DNA of 64,000 nucleotides from Squalus acanthias (taxonomy: Eukaryota), in contig CM059431.1 in the NCBI GenBank assembly GCA_030390025.1, positions 104,968,001 to 105,032,000 of the forward strand, written 5' to 3'. Positions within the stretch are counted from its first letter, which is position 1; every line of letters starts with the position of its first letter. A program made the translations under genes and the position numbers. Of the stretch, positions 11,258 through 22,396 are shown piece after piece. The notes beneath the pieces were generated by a model. The model was not told the DNA's origin, searched no databases, and saw only the letters and a program-made list of their open reading frames with translations.

Positions 11258-11500
11258 TGGAGTCACATATAGGCCAGACCGGGTAAGGACAGCAGATTTC
11301 CTTCCCTAAAGGACATTAGTGAACCAGATGGGTTTTTACGACAGTCCAGCACCATTTACTGCCACTAGCTTTTATTTATTCCAGATTTATTTAACTGACT
11401 GAATTTAAATTCCCCAGCTGCCGCGGTGGGATTTGAACTCACGTCCCCAGGAATCATTAGTCCAGGCCTCTCGGATTACTAGTCCAGTAGCATATGCTAC
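11258..11500 (-). mobile_element. Second tRNA-derived SINE family, 5' part
   Basis: Reverse complement of 20570-20826 (GAGTTCAAATCCCACC B-box; GTCCTTTAGGGAAGGAAATCTGC). Confidence 0.8.
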
Positions 11501-11819
11501 CGTACCCCTGTCGCTCATTGTGCATTGGCAGCTCGAAAAAAAGTATTCAAAGAAAGTCCGACCATGAACATGGTCCAGGCACCTCACTGGTGTCATCAGG
11601 TGGGTGATGTAATTGCCCCGCCCACCTGACGTGCACCAGAACGAAAATCGGCCCCAGTGTGTTTGGAATTGGGCTGGTCCATCGTTTTCAGAATGGATGA
11701 AACAGCTACGTGTCAAACCGTTGTGGTGATGGCCATCACGACGCCAGTACTTCAGCAACACACGACACGGCTCTAAGTATTCCATCTATAAATCATTAAA
11801 TATTCCTTTTAACTAAAGG

Positions 11820-11945
11820 TTGTTTCCTACTTGACAACAGTGACTACACTTCAAAAGTACTTCATTGGCTGTGAAACGCTCTGGAACTTCCCGAGGTCGT
11901 GAAAGGCGCTGTGAAAATTCAAGGTCTTATTTTCCGTCTTTCTTT
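11820..11945 (+). mobile_element. Deu-SINE 3' tail
   Basis: ACAACAGTGACTACACTTCAAAAGTACTTCATTGGCTGT. Confidence 0.75.
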
Positions 11946-12084
11946 AGATGCTTTTTTTAATCCCCCTTCCTAAGAGCTACTACTCTTACTATTGAAAAAA
12001 GAATCAAGAGCAATAAGTACAATGGGTATTTTAGACAAAGATTTTACTTCTTGATTCTTAATCGATAGCCCAAACCACCTATTA

Positions 12085-12598
12085 ATCACACAATCATACA
12101 ATAATACAACACACAAGGAGGCCACCCGGCTGCATAAAAAAAATTCCACATCCCATCTCTGTTTCTTTGGCCAATCACCTTAACGCTGTGTCCTCTAGTT
12201 ACACACCCTTCCACCATTAGAAACAGTGGTTCCTTATTTATGCGATCAAAACCCTTCTTGTATTTGAACACCTCTATAAAATCTCCCCTTACCCTTCTCT
12301 GCTCCAAGGAGAACAACCCCAGCTTCTCCAGTCTCTCCACATAACTGAAGTCAGTCATCCCTGGTACCATTCTAGTAAATCTTCCTCTGCACCCTCTCTG
12401 AGGCCTTGACATCATTCCTAAAGAGTGGTGCCCCGAGTTGAACACAATACTCCAGCTGGGGCCTAACCAGCGTTTTATAAAGGCTTAGCATAACTTCCTT
12501 GCTTTTGCCCTCAATGCCTCTGTTTATAAAGCCAAGGATTCTGTGTGTGTTTTTAACAGCCTGATTAACTCGTTCTGCCTCCTTGAAAGATTTGTGCA
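12085..12598 (-). mobile_element. CR1 LINE fragment
   Basis: ILGFINRGIE.KSKEVML.LYKTLVRPQLEYCVQ; ERLEKLGLFSLEQRR. Confidence 0.9.
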
Positions 12599-13148
12599 AT
12601 GGATCCAGCGAATGATTGAATTAGTTATACATGGAAGAAGAGGCTTCAAGTCTGTGACTGTGATTCTGACTCCTATGCAGAACTTGCTCAATCATGCTCC
12701 ATAGCTCTATTAATGGATACATCATCAAATGTACTTGATCTGATCGGCTCCTAAACAGGTTTTAATCTGCATTCAAACATACATTCTCAGAACATTTATT
12801 TAATGAGGATCATGCACCCTATTAGAATGCAAGATGACATCAATGTAGAAATGCACAATGGCCATTAAACCCACCAAGCATGATTTAGATCCATATCCAA
12901 GAACACATGGCCCAGTATATCTAGTTTCTGAGCATACTGGAGTTGTTCTGCAAGGCCCCTCTCTTTAGTTAGTTCTCATGCACTTCTTAAAACACAATTT
13001 TTGAATCCGTACACTATAAGAATAGCAATGGAACAATGACAATGAAGTTAAGGCTGCAAATACACATCTCAGTGCTGGATGACGCATGAATCAGTCAGCC
13101 AGCACTGGGTGGCTCTGCCAGGTAAACGACCCCATTTCATAGAGACAC

Positions 13149-14152
13149 TGTAAGCCTTTCTCTTACTACTGTTCAGACTTCGAGAATTACGAATAGTGCC
13201 TAACAATGACAGATAAGTATGTGATCAATAAAATTGGTCTTTATTCACACTACAGTTCAAAATTCGAGTGTACATCGCAATCAATATGCTCCCAATTTAC
13301 CCGTACATAAACATACTCCCCAGCAACTTATACACTACCTCCTGGCGATTTATATCCCAAGTCAACCGTACATAAAGGTATCTGACATGAATCTTGTCAT
13401 TCATGTGGAAATGACTTATGAAATAATACTGGGCGGCCTGCTGGTGGCGCTGTCCAGGGAGAGTATAAATACTCGGGCATGGGCCCAGCTTGCTCAGGAC
13501 ATTCTTTAACAGGAACTAGTGAAGGACACAACTAGACCTCCATGTTGAAAAACAGTTGATTAAAGCTTTGTTTAATGCTTAGACCAAGTGCCTAGTAGTT
13601 TTCTTACGTCAGTACTCTTTAACAATATCTAAGCTCTATGTCCGACTTTTATACATACTCCTTTATCTCTGGGTGATCGGTCCAGAAAAGTCATAAGCTG
13701 CAAACATAGACTGGCCAGCTTTCTTTGTTACTCTGTTCTCCCTTCTTCTTTCTGAATTTCCCGCCTCTGGGTCACTTCTTTTATAGGGCCTTTCTGCCGG
13801 CCTCCCTCGTATATCACCATCTGCCTCCCTCTGATAGGTCAGTTTCACTCTAAACCTTCCTGATTGGAGTTCCTTCTGCATGACACGTTCATGTTCCTGT
13901 GATGTGGGTGGGGGTGGGACTTCTCTTCACTCGGTGTCTTCTTCCTGTCCATGTTGTCTTACAAACAAATGACCATACTGACCACCAGGCAAAAGACCTC
14001 CTGCTGACTTCCGCCATTTTGTGTCTTCACAAAGAAAGAACACATGCTGACCTCCTACATTTTGAGTCCGTCTGTAACCATTTCACAATTCGTTCTGAAA
14101 TTCGATCTCCACACGGTAGCAGCGGTTTTATTACAGTCTTTAGAATCTTACA
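13149..14152 (-). mobile_element. Solo LTR (Gypsy/ERV-type, 4-bp TSD) containing a nested LTR
   Basis: Termini TGTAAG...CTTACA; TSD ACAC (13145-13148 / 14153-14156). On the minus strand, in order: CCAATCA (~13861), TATAAAA (~13780), AATAAA (~13240). Confidence 0.75.
13383..13624 (+). mobile_element. Short solo LTR nested in the opposite orientation
   Basis: TG...CA termini (TGACA...TAACA); 5-bp flanks GTATC/ATATC; TATAAAT at ~13465 and ATTAAA at ~13559. Confidence 0.6.
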
Positions 14153-14219
14153 ACACTGATACCCCATCCATTCAGCTCCTCCGAATCAGGCCATTGGCTG
14201 GATCAGTCCTACAGACATT

Positions 14220-14622
14220 GAAGAATGAGAGGTGATCTCATTGAAACATACAAAATTCTTATAGGGCTTGACAGGGTAGATGCAGGGAGGATGTTTCCCC
14301 TGGCTGGGGAGTCTAGAACCAGGGGTCACAGTCTCAGAATAAGGGGTCGGCCATTTAGGACTGAGATGAGGAGAAATCTCTTCACTCAGAGGGTGGTGAA
14401 TCTTTGGAATTCTCTACCCCAGAGGGCTGTGGAGGCTCAGTCGTTGAGTATATTCAAGACAGAGATCGATAGATTTTTGTATATTAAGGGAATCAAGGGA
14501 TATGGGGATAGTGCAGGAAAGCGAAGATGAGGCAGAAGATCAGCCATGATCTTATTGAATGGCAGAGCAGGCTCGAAGGGACAAATGGCCAACTCCTGCT
14601 CCTATTTCTTTTGTTCTTATGT
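14220..14622 (+). mobile_element. CR1 LINE 3' end
   Basis: MRGDLIETYKIL.GLDRVDAGRMFPLAGESRTRGHSLRIRG.. Confidence 0.92.
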
Positions 14623-14798
14623 TGAACGTTCCAGCACTTTACAACTTTCAGGACCCAACATTGAGTTCAACAATTTCAGATTTTAACCGCTGCTCCAATT
14701 TTTTCGGACAGCAGGTGCTGGTAATGGTTCTGTTCTTCCAGTTGGCTGCCGCATTTCCCACATTACATCAGTGACTCCAAGAAATGGGGAAGTTTCCA

Positions 14799-15258
14799 GT
14801 GTCAGCTGTGGCTCAGTTGGTAGCACACTCGCCTCTGAGTCATGAAGGTTGTGTGGTTCAAGTCCCACTCCAGTGACTTGAACACATAAAACTAGGCTGA
14901 CTCTCCAGTGCAGTACTGAGGGAGTGCTACACTGTTGGAGGTGCTGTCTTTTGGATGAGACGTTAAACCGAGGCCCGTCTGCTCTCTCAGGCAAATGTAA
15001 ATGATCCCATGGCATTATTTCGAAGAAAAGCAGGGGAGTTATCCCCGGTGTCCTGGGCCAATACTTATCGCTCAACCAACATAACAAAAACAGATGATCT
15101 GGTCATTATCACATAGCTGTTTGTGGGAGCTTGCTGTGCGCAAATTGGCTGCTGCATTTCCCACATTACAACAGTGACTCCACTTCAAAAAGTACTTCAT
15201 TGGCTGTAAAGCGCTTTGAGATGTCTGGTGCTATATAAATGCAAGACTTTCTTTCTTT
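14799..15258 (+). mobile_element. Full-length Deu-SINE
   Basis: A-box TGGCTCAGTTGG, B-box GGTTCAAGTCCC, Deu core and ..TATATAAATGCAAGACTTTC tail. Confidence 0.9.
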
Positions 15259-15261
15259 CCT

Positions 15262-15519
15262 GTAGACCCATCTTTTGTTTCTTTACTTGTCCCATTACCA
15301 TCCCCTTTTCCCTTGCACCATCATCCCATTTGTCATTTAATCATTCCTGCCTTCCACCCGATCTTTGTGGCCTTTCTCCCCTCCCCCCTTTCCCTGCCTC
15401 TGCACGTGCTTAAAATCTGTTACATCTCTAACTTTTCCCAGTTCTGACGGCAGGTCATCGCCCTGAACCGTTGACTCTGTTTCTCAGATTTCCAGCAGCA
15501 GCAGTATTTTGCCTTTGTA
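15262..15519 (+). mobile_element. Short non-autonomous Penelope-like element with degenerate hammerhead motif
   Basis: Paralog of 59017-59345; AGTTCTGACGGCAGGTCATCGCCCTGAACCGTTGACT at ~15440-15477. Confidence 0.7.
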
Positions 15520-16229
15520 CTGGAAGTTCTGATCCTGGCCTAAGCTGTGGTGTTGATGGAAGGTGAGATGAATGACTGTGGTAGAGGAGAAATATAACAA
15601 AGAATAATGAGGCAGCTTAACAGCAAAAGGTAATTAGGTTCAGGACTGTGGGCTATAGGCTCATTCTCCAAATACCATACCTGCGGCAAGCTGTAGGTAG
15701 CTTCAACCGCCCACTTTATTATATCTGGGTAAGCCTTCAATACAATTTACAAGTGTTAATTGCCCCAAACTATCTGTAGATCCTTACTACTTGCAGTGCG
15801 TGTAGTTATTTACACCTTATTACAAATGTTGAAGCCTCATTAGAACTATTTGATTGTTAATTCCTTTACTGGCATTTATAAACAATAATTACTTTTGTTC
15901 AATTAAAAGCTAGAAAGTGGTTGAGCAGTTTTAAAATAACAGCCTGTAAAACAAATCAGTTGACATGTCATGCATTAGCCCTGGTGTTTTGATAAGGTGT
16001 TAGTGAATTACACATATACTTTTTAGAAAAAATGCAAACCTTGCACTGTACCGTTAAATTGAAAATAAGTACATATCAATCCGATGCAGATTATACCATT
16101 AGAGGAAGTAAGCGCTCTCCAAATTATTGTCACAGGTGGTGTTGTCAATACATGCCGGTAAAAATAAAACAATGCGCAACAGTAACCATAGCAGCAAAAT
16201 ACTTTAATAAAGCCGTTGAAATGGTTTGA

Positions 16230-17238
16230 GACGGCTCTCAGATAGCTCAATGCAGAACCGCACCATTTATTGTGGTTCTGATCTATTAAAAAACAGGAAG
16301 GTCACAGATCTGATCCCTGAGCTAGATGATCTCAGAAAGGGAGGTGTGGGGGGAGAATTATAATCGACCACATATCTCAGGACTAAGAAGAAATGACCAA
16401 GGATCCCTCACTCCTGATGGTTGTCCAATGACTCTTGCTGGAAACTATCAGGGGGTAATTTTAACAGGTGGGTTGGAGTCGGATAAGATGTAAAAAAAAT
16501 TAAATCCCAAAATGGACCCCAAACCTCCTCAACCCGCCCACCCGTTTAACGGAGGCGGGACGAGGGGCGGGCAGCCAATTCCACTCCCAGGAGGTGGGTT
16601 GCCTATTTAAATATTATAATGATGCTGGGAACCTCACATTTAATCTGTTTTACAGGTTTAACTCTTGCAGGCTGGGTTTCCTGGGCCTGGGGAAACCTGA
16701 CAGCTCAAGGGAGGCGAGGACAGCTTCGGTAGAAAGGTGAGTGCCTTTACAGCACTGAGAATGGACCAGGAGGAGCAGGAGTGCTTTCCCCCACAGCTCC
16801 CCCAGGTTTACCTGCTTCCCCGGAATCGCACCACCCCCCCACAACCCCCATCAGACTCTCCACATCCAAACACCTCCCTCGGTCAGCAATTGGACCCACC
16901 CCCCCCCGGGGTCGGGGATCGGGACCCTCCGCGTTCCCACTAACGCAACAGTAGGTTCTTTACCTGCTCCGGCCTGCTCCGGAGTGCTCCCCGCCCGACT
17001 GGATGCCAGGTCTGTCAATCAGGCTGACTTCCAAGCTGTGGAGATAATGTGACCGAAACTCCGTCCCCCCCGCCCCGCTCAGGAAAACCCACCCCTGTCA
17101 ATATCAGGGCCTGTGTGTATGTCAAGATTGGGTTTGGTTGCGATAGCCACAGCTGACTATCCAGCTGACACCCAGCGTCACCATTTGGGTGAGGTATTGG
17201 ACGGTTGCTGGTGTCCATGGAATCAGACTCCAGCATGG
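16230..17238 (+). mobile_element. Old, diverged SINE-like repeat split by a MITE
   Basis: Degenerate tRNA-like start. The 3' part (CATTTGGGTGAGGTATTGGACGGTTGCTGG..CCAGCA) resembles the reverse complement of ~43135-43200. Confidence 0.35.
16451..17110. mobile_element. MITE with imperfect TIRs
   Basis: GGGGGTAATTTTAACAGGTGGGTT ... AACCCACCCCTGTCAATATCAGGGCC. Confidence 0.6.
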
Positions 17239-17254
17239 TGACCTCTCATCCGAC

Positions 17255-17575
17255 TTTCGGATGAGACGTTAAACCGAGGCCCCGTCTGCTCTCTCAGGCG
17301 GACGTAAAAGATCCCACGGCACTATTTCGAAGAAGAGCAGGGGAGTTCTCCCCGGTGTCCTGGTCAATATTTATCCCTCAATCAACATCACTAAAACAGA
17401 TTCTCTGGTCATTATCACATTGCTGTTTGTGGGACCTTGCTGTGTGCAAATTGGCTGCCACGTTTCCCACATTACAACAGTGACTACACTTCAATAGTAC
17501 TTAATTGTCGATAAAGCGCTTTGGGACGCCCTGAGGTTGTGAAAGATGCTATTTAAGTGTAGGTCTTTCTTTCTT
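17255..17575 (+). mobile_element. Deu-SINE, 5'-truncated
   Basis: Well-preserved Deu core and tail. Confidence 0.88.
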
Positions 17576-17758
17576 TTCTCTCTCCTTCTTTAAGACGCTG
17601 CTTAAAACCTACCTCTTTGACCAAGCTTTTGGTCGCCTGTCCTAATATCTCCTTACGTGGTTTAGTGTCGGAATTTTGTTTGACAATTGCTCCTGCGAAG
17701 TGCCTTGGGACGCTTTACTATGTTAAAGGCGCTATATAAATGCAAGCTGTTGTTGTTG
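17576..17758 (+). mobile_element. L2 LINE 3' end directly abutting the SINE tail
   Basis: TTTAAGACGCTGCTTAAAACCTACCTCTTTGACCAAGC...(GTT)n. Confidence 0.85.
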
Positions 17759-18031
17759 AGTCACTGGTGTCAGGCAAAGGAGGGGAAAAAGGACTATGAA
17801 GAACTGCCCGAGTTTAACATTGATACTGCCTGTAAACAATATTGAAGAACAATCTTCAGCTATAACCCATTTAGTACTGAAATATAATGAATGAAGTATT
17901 ATTATGCAATGAATGCAAAACATACTTAAAAACAAAGGGAGGGACTGAAGAGTTTTCTGTATGACAAATGGATTTCTAAAGATCTAGAGACTGGCATTCC
18001 ACACACTTCAGGCAAGCTTTCAATATTCAAT

Positions 18032-18770
18032 GGGCCGGATTTTCCAATCGGAGGCTTCCTGCGGGCGGATGCCTCTGATCTGGAAAAATCTAAGAACTTA
18101 CCTGCTGGCTCCGTAGGTCCCGAGACTTCCGATCCTAGGCCTCTCCTGGTCCACGTGCGCAGAGGCCCGGGTATCCCAGGGGCGCAGGTGGTTCGCAAGC
18201 ATCCCTGGGATCACGTGGGCCATGGGAAACCAATCAATGAAGGGAATCCCCCTTCACACTTTTGACAGGTCTCTACGCACAGATCTGTCAAAAGTATGAA
18301 TGGGGATCACTCAAAAAACACACTAAAACATTAAATACATTTGTTTTTAATCACGTGTTTAAAATTAGTTAAAATTACATTAAATTAAATATTTTAAACA
18401 AAAATGTAGTTTTAAAAAAAAAATTTTTTTTACGGGGCTAAAAATAAACTTACCTTTTTTTAAAGTATTTTTAAGTTATAAATTAGTGAAATTTTTTTAA
18501 TTTTTTACTTTTTTAAACTCTTATACTGGTAAAAGCAGCTTAAGATTTCTAAAGGTTTTCAGCAGGTGGAGGTTGTGCAGAAAGTGGAACTCTCCACCCG
18601 CGGAGGTCCTTCTCCCGGGCAGGCGGAGGATCTGTCAAGAGGATTCTTGACAGATCGGAAGTGCCGGTTTTCAGCGCATGCGCAGTGGATGCCTGAAACC
18701 GGCACTCACGAGGCCCCTACGGGTGTGCACGCAGCTCCTACGCACCCGTGGGGGTCGAAAAATACGGGCC
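18032..18770 (+). mobile_element. MITE family A (GGGCC TIR; PIF/Harbinger-like non-autonomous DNA transposon)
   Basis: TIRs GGGCCGGATTTTCC / GAAAAATACGGGCC; flanks AAT/AAT; AT-rich centre; paralogs at 22004, 28225 and 36759. Confidence 0.85.
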
Positions 18771-18784
18771 AATATCATCGTGCT

Positions 18785-18900
18785 GATAGAGTTAGATGAG
18801 GAAAGACGAGAGGAGGCTCGAATGGAGCATAAACGTCGTCATGGACTGGTTGGGCTGAATGGCCTGTTTCTGGCCTGGATATTCTATGTAATTCTATGAA
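18785..18900 (+). mobile_element. CR1 3'UTR fragment
   Basis: GAGGAGGCTCGAATGGAGCATAAAC..GGGCTGAATGGCCTG..ATTCTATGTAATTCTATG. Confidence 0.75.
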
Positions 18901-19055
18901 TGTAATAGAACAGCCATGTTTTCATGAAAGGGCAAACAAACTACAAGTCCAGGATGTTCAACCTATTCTTGGCAGTAACTTAGGATTTACTCAACCCTTA
19001 AAAACTATTTACTCACTGAATTACAAGGAGGAAATCCTGTTTCTAAAGAAGAAGA

Positions 19056-19402
19056 AGAACAACAACTATCATTTATATAGCACCTTTAACACAGTAAAAC
19101 ATCCCAAGACGCTTCACAAGAGTGTTATTAAACAAAACTTGACACTGAGCAACATAAGGAGGTATTAGGGCAGGTGATCAAAAGCTTGGTCAAAGAGGTA
19201 GGTTGTAAGGAGCATCTTAAAGGAGGAGAGAGAGAGGTAGAGAGGTTTGGGGAGCGAATTCTAGAGCTTAGGGCCTAGGCAGCTGAAGGTGTCGATGCCA
19301 ATGGTGGAGCGATGGAAATCCGGGATGCGCAAGAGGCCAGAATTGGAGGAGCGCAGAGATCTCGGAGGGTTATAGGGCTGGAGGAGATTACAGAGATAGG
19401 GA
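19056..19402 (-). mobile_element. L2 LINE 3' end
   Basis: Reverse complement of the L2 3' region, with an AACAAC tail. Confidence 0.87.
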
Positions 19403-20569
19403 GAATGACTGATGATACAGGGTTATGTGATCTCTGACAGTTCCGGGTATATCTAATAGCTGGCAATCCAGTGACAGTGTCTTTATATGCCAGTGTCTCA
19501 GATGATAAGACAGTGCCTGAAAACTTTACCTGTAGCTACCCTGAGGCTGCCGAACACCCAATTAATTCAAATATTCATCACTAGCTAATACACTCTACAC
19601 CTTAGCTATAAACATCTGTTCGTTTTTAGACCCTGTAAACTGTGATTACTATAAATAGTTACACTTTATGTAGTACATAATATGATCTTCATTCACTTCA
19701 AGCTTATTCAGGATTAATTCCAGGAGTGGCAGTATAATGGCACAATGGATTGTTGCCCTAACATTCCAGTTCTAGGATGCATCTCGGCGCATTTGACTTA
19801 ATTGCAATTCAGAACAAGCTACTTTAACCTTGTTTATTCATCAGTAAAGTCGCAGTTAAGATATCGCGTGTAATTCTGTGCTCCTTACCGTCACAATTTA
19901 TACATGTATGCCAACTGTCTGCGTGGTGGGGCATAGTTCAGGTGTCTGCACTCACAACACAGCAGTGAAGGTGGGAAAGGTCCCCTGAGCTGAGCGACAC
20001 CTTCACGCTCAGGCCTTCTGGTGCCCGTGCCCCTGATGGCTGATGCCGCTGCACACGCTCAGCAAACTCAGCACTGCCCACCCACAGTGTGCAGGGGTGT
20101 CAATCGCTCACTTACAGCAGGAGCAGCAGGAAGGCAGGAGCTTCAGAGCAAGAGCAGGGGGAAGAAAGAGGAGCAGGGGGGGGGGGGGGCGGAGGGAGAA
20201 GCTTAGAGAAGCACTTTTGGGGCAGGAGGATGGAATTGACGGGAGCAGCGTTTTTAGAGGGGGAGAGGGAGAGAAAAATGGGCGCACCACTTTTGCGGGG
20301 AGAAGATAGGAACAGTTGCACTGCTTTTAACAAACCCCCGCGCCCCCCCCCCCCCCACCCCGCATTTGGCGGAAACCAGGCTGGGGCGGGAAAGGGGGTG
20401 TGCAGGGAGTGGGGGAAGTTAAAATGAGGGCAGCGACTTACCTCCTCCAATCCCGCGGCCTTCCCGACGCATCGTGATATTAACCTGCTCTTTCGAGCAG
20501 GCGAGAGGGACACCCGCAAGAAGGAAGCGGGGTCCTAAATTAAATATGCAGAGCGGGTCCAATGATATT

Positions 20570-20955
20570 GTAGCACAGTGGTTATGTTACTGGACTAGTA
20601 AATCAGAGGCCTGGACTTAATGATCCAGAGTCGTGAGTTCAAATCCCACCACGGCAGCTGGGGAATTTAAAATTCAGTTAATTAAATAAAATCTGGAATA
20701 AAAAAGCTATTGTCGGTAATGGTGACCATGAAACTATCGAATTGTTGTAAAAGCCCATCTGGTTCACTGATGTCCTTTAGGGAAGGAAATCTGCTGCCCT
20801 CACCTGGTCTGGCCTATATGTGACTCCAGACCCACAGCAATGTTGGTTGACTCTGAAATGGCAGCTCATCAACACCTTCTCAAGGGCAATTAGGGATGGG
20901 CAATAAATGCCGGCCTTGCTGGTGACTCCTACCTCCCACGAACGAATAAAAAAAA
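20570..20955 (+). mobile_element. Second tRNA-derived SINE family, near full length, inserted in a GC-rich MITE-like sequence (~20320-21200)
   Basis: A-box TAGCACAGTGG, B-box GAGTTCAAATCCC; ends ACGAATAAAAAAAA. Confidence 0.82.
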
Positions 20956-21570
20956 TATATCATCGGCATGCGATCTGCATGTATTAGTCGGAGACCTGAA
21001 TGGGGTGGAGCAGTGAGGGCTTCCCCATCAAGTCAGACCCCACAAGAGGGGGATCGTGGGCCAGAAGAAAGCTAGCATGGTAAGTTTTTAAATGTTATTT
21101 CAGGTTAGCTTGTGGGCCAGGTGCGCTCCACCGCTCCCCGATCGTGCCCAGAACCCCCACCACCCCTCCCCATAACACTTACGTGACTGCTGGGGACCGT
21201 TCCTGTTAGAAGCATTAATAACTATGAAAGGATACAATGTAATAGCTGTAAAGGAGACATGATTTATGTTTGGACCGGACAGGCAACTTAATATGCTTGG
21301 TGACAGTATTATCAGGAGAAATAGGGCAGGAGGGGCAAATGCAGGGGTGGGGTGGCAGTTGTATTGAATTCTATCAAAGGAGTAGGGTTCTGTGCGAAGA
21401 GAAGATCCCTACAGATGAGTAAAGATGCATACCTGAGTGCCATGGGAGTAAAAAACATTCGGAGACATACCAGAAAGAGAGAAGGCAGCAGAAAGAGCAA
21501 AAGAAAGAGTCAAACACAAACTGAGAGATATTGGCAAACAATGAGAAAAATGCGTGGGAGGGAGAGAGAA

Positions 21571-22003
21571 ACAACAACTTGTATTTATACAGCGCCTTTA
21601 ATGTAGTAAAACGTCCCAAGGCGCTTCACAGGAGTGTTATCAGACAAAACTTAACACTGAGCCACATAAGGAGCTATTAGGACAGATGACCAAAAGTTTG
21701 GTCAAAGAGGCAGGTTTTAAGAAGCATCTTAAAGGAGGAAAGAGAGGTAGACAGCAATGTCCCCTCTAATTCTTTTTTTGGCCCACGTGGGCTGCGCAGG
21801 CCATTCAAAATTCTGCTCATGCGCAGTTTTTCTATTTAAAAGCCAGCTCACCAGCTGCGCGGGATCTGCAGAGCACCTCGCGGCCACGCAGATTAAGGGG
21901 AACGTTGGTAGAGAGGCGAAGAGGTTTAGAGAGGGAATTTCAGAGCACGACCGCCAATGGTGGAGCGATTGAAATCAGGGATGCGCAAGAGGCCAGAATT
22001 AGA
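21571..22003 (-). mobile_element. L2 LINE 3' end interrupted by a hAT MITE
   Basis: The L2 sequence is continuous once 21755-21915 is removed. Confidence 0.85.
21755..21907. mobile_element. hAT-type MITE (153 bp)
   Basis: TIRs CAATGTCCCCTCTAAT / ATTAAGGGGAACGTTG; 8-bp TSD GTAGACAG/GTAGAGAG; a related end lies at ~53790-53823. Confidence 0.8.
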
Positions 22004-22284
22004 GGATCTGGGAAAAATCTACGATCTAACCTGAGGGCTCCAGAGGTCCGGCCATTTCCGCTCCTGTGCCTCTGCTCTACGAAATGCGCAGAGGTCCAGG
22101 TATCCCGGGGCGCAGGCGGTTCGCAAGCGTCCCTGGGATCATGTGGGCCATGGGGAACCAATGGAAGAAGGGAATCCCCCTTCATACTTTTGACATGATG
22201 CGGAGATGCCGGTGTTGGACTGGGGTGGACGAAAGTGAGAAGTCGCACAACACCAGGTTATAGTCCAACAGCTTTATTTGAAAT

Positions 22285-22319
22285 CACAAGCTTTCGGAGC
22301 GCTGCTCCTTCGTCAGGTG
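22285..22319 (-). ncRNA. Minimal type I hammerhead ribozyme motif (core intact)
   Basis: CAC-CUGACGA-AGGAGCAGCGCUCC-GAAAGCUU-GUG: stem I CAC/GUG, stem II GGAGC/GCUCC, palindromic AAGCUU stem III. Confidence 0.75.
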
Positions 22320-22362
22320 AAGTGAAGAAATACTGTGAAGAAAGTGAAGAATTTCTTCACTT

Positions 22363-22396
22363 CACCTGACGAAGGAGCAGCGTTCCAAAGCTTGTG
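22363..22396 (+). ncRNA. Hammerhead motif, mutated copy
   Basis: CACCTGACGAAGGAGCAGCGTTCCAAAGCTTGTG lacks the G of GAAA. Confidence 0.55.

Noticed and set aside
14799..14875. tRNA gene
   Set aside because: The A and B boxes belong to the SINE head, which continues into the Deu core; the same applies to the other copies
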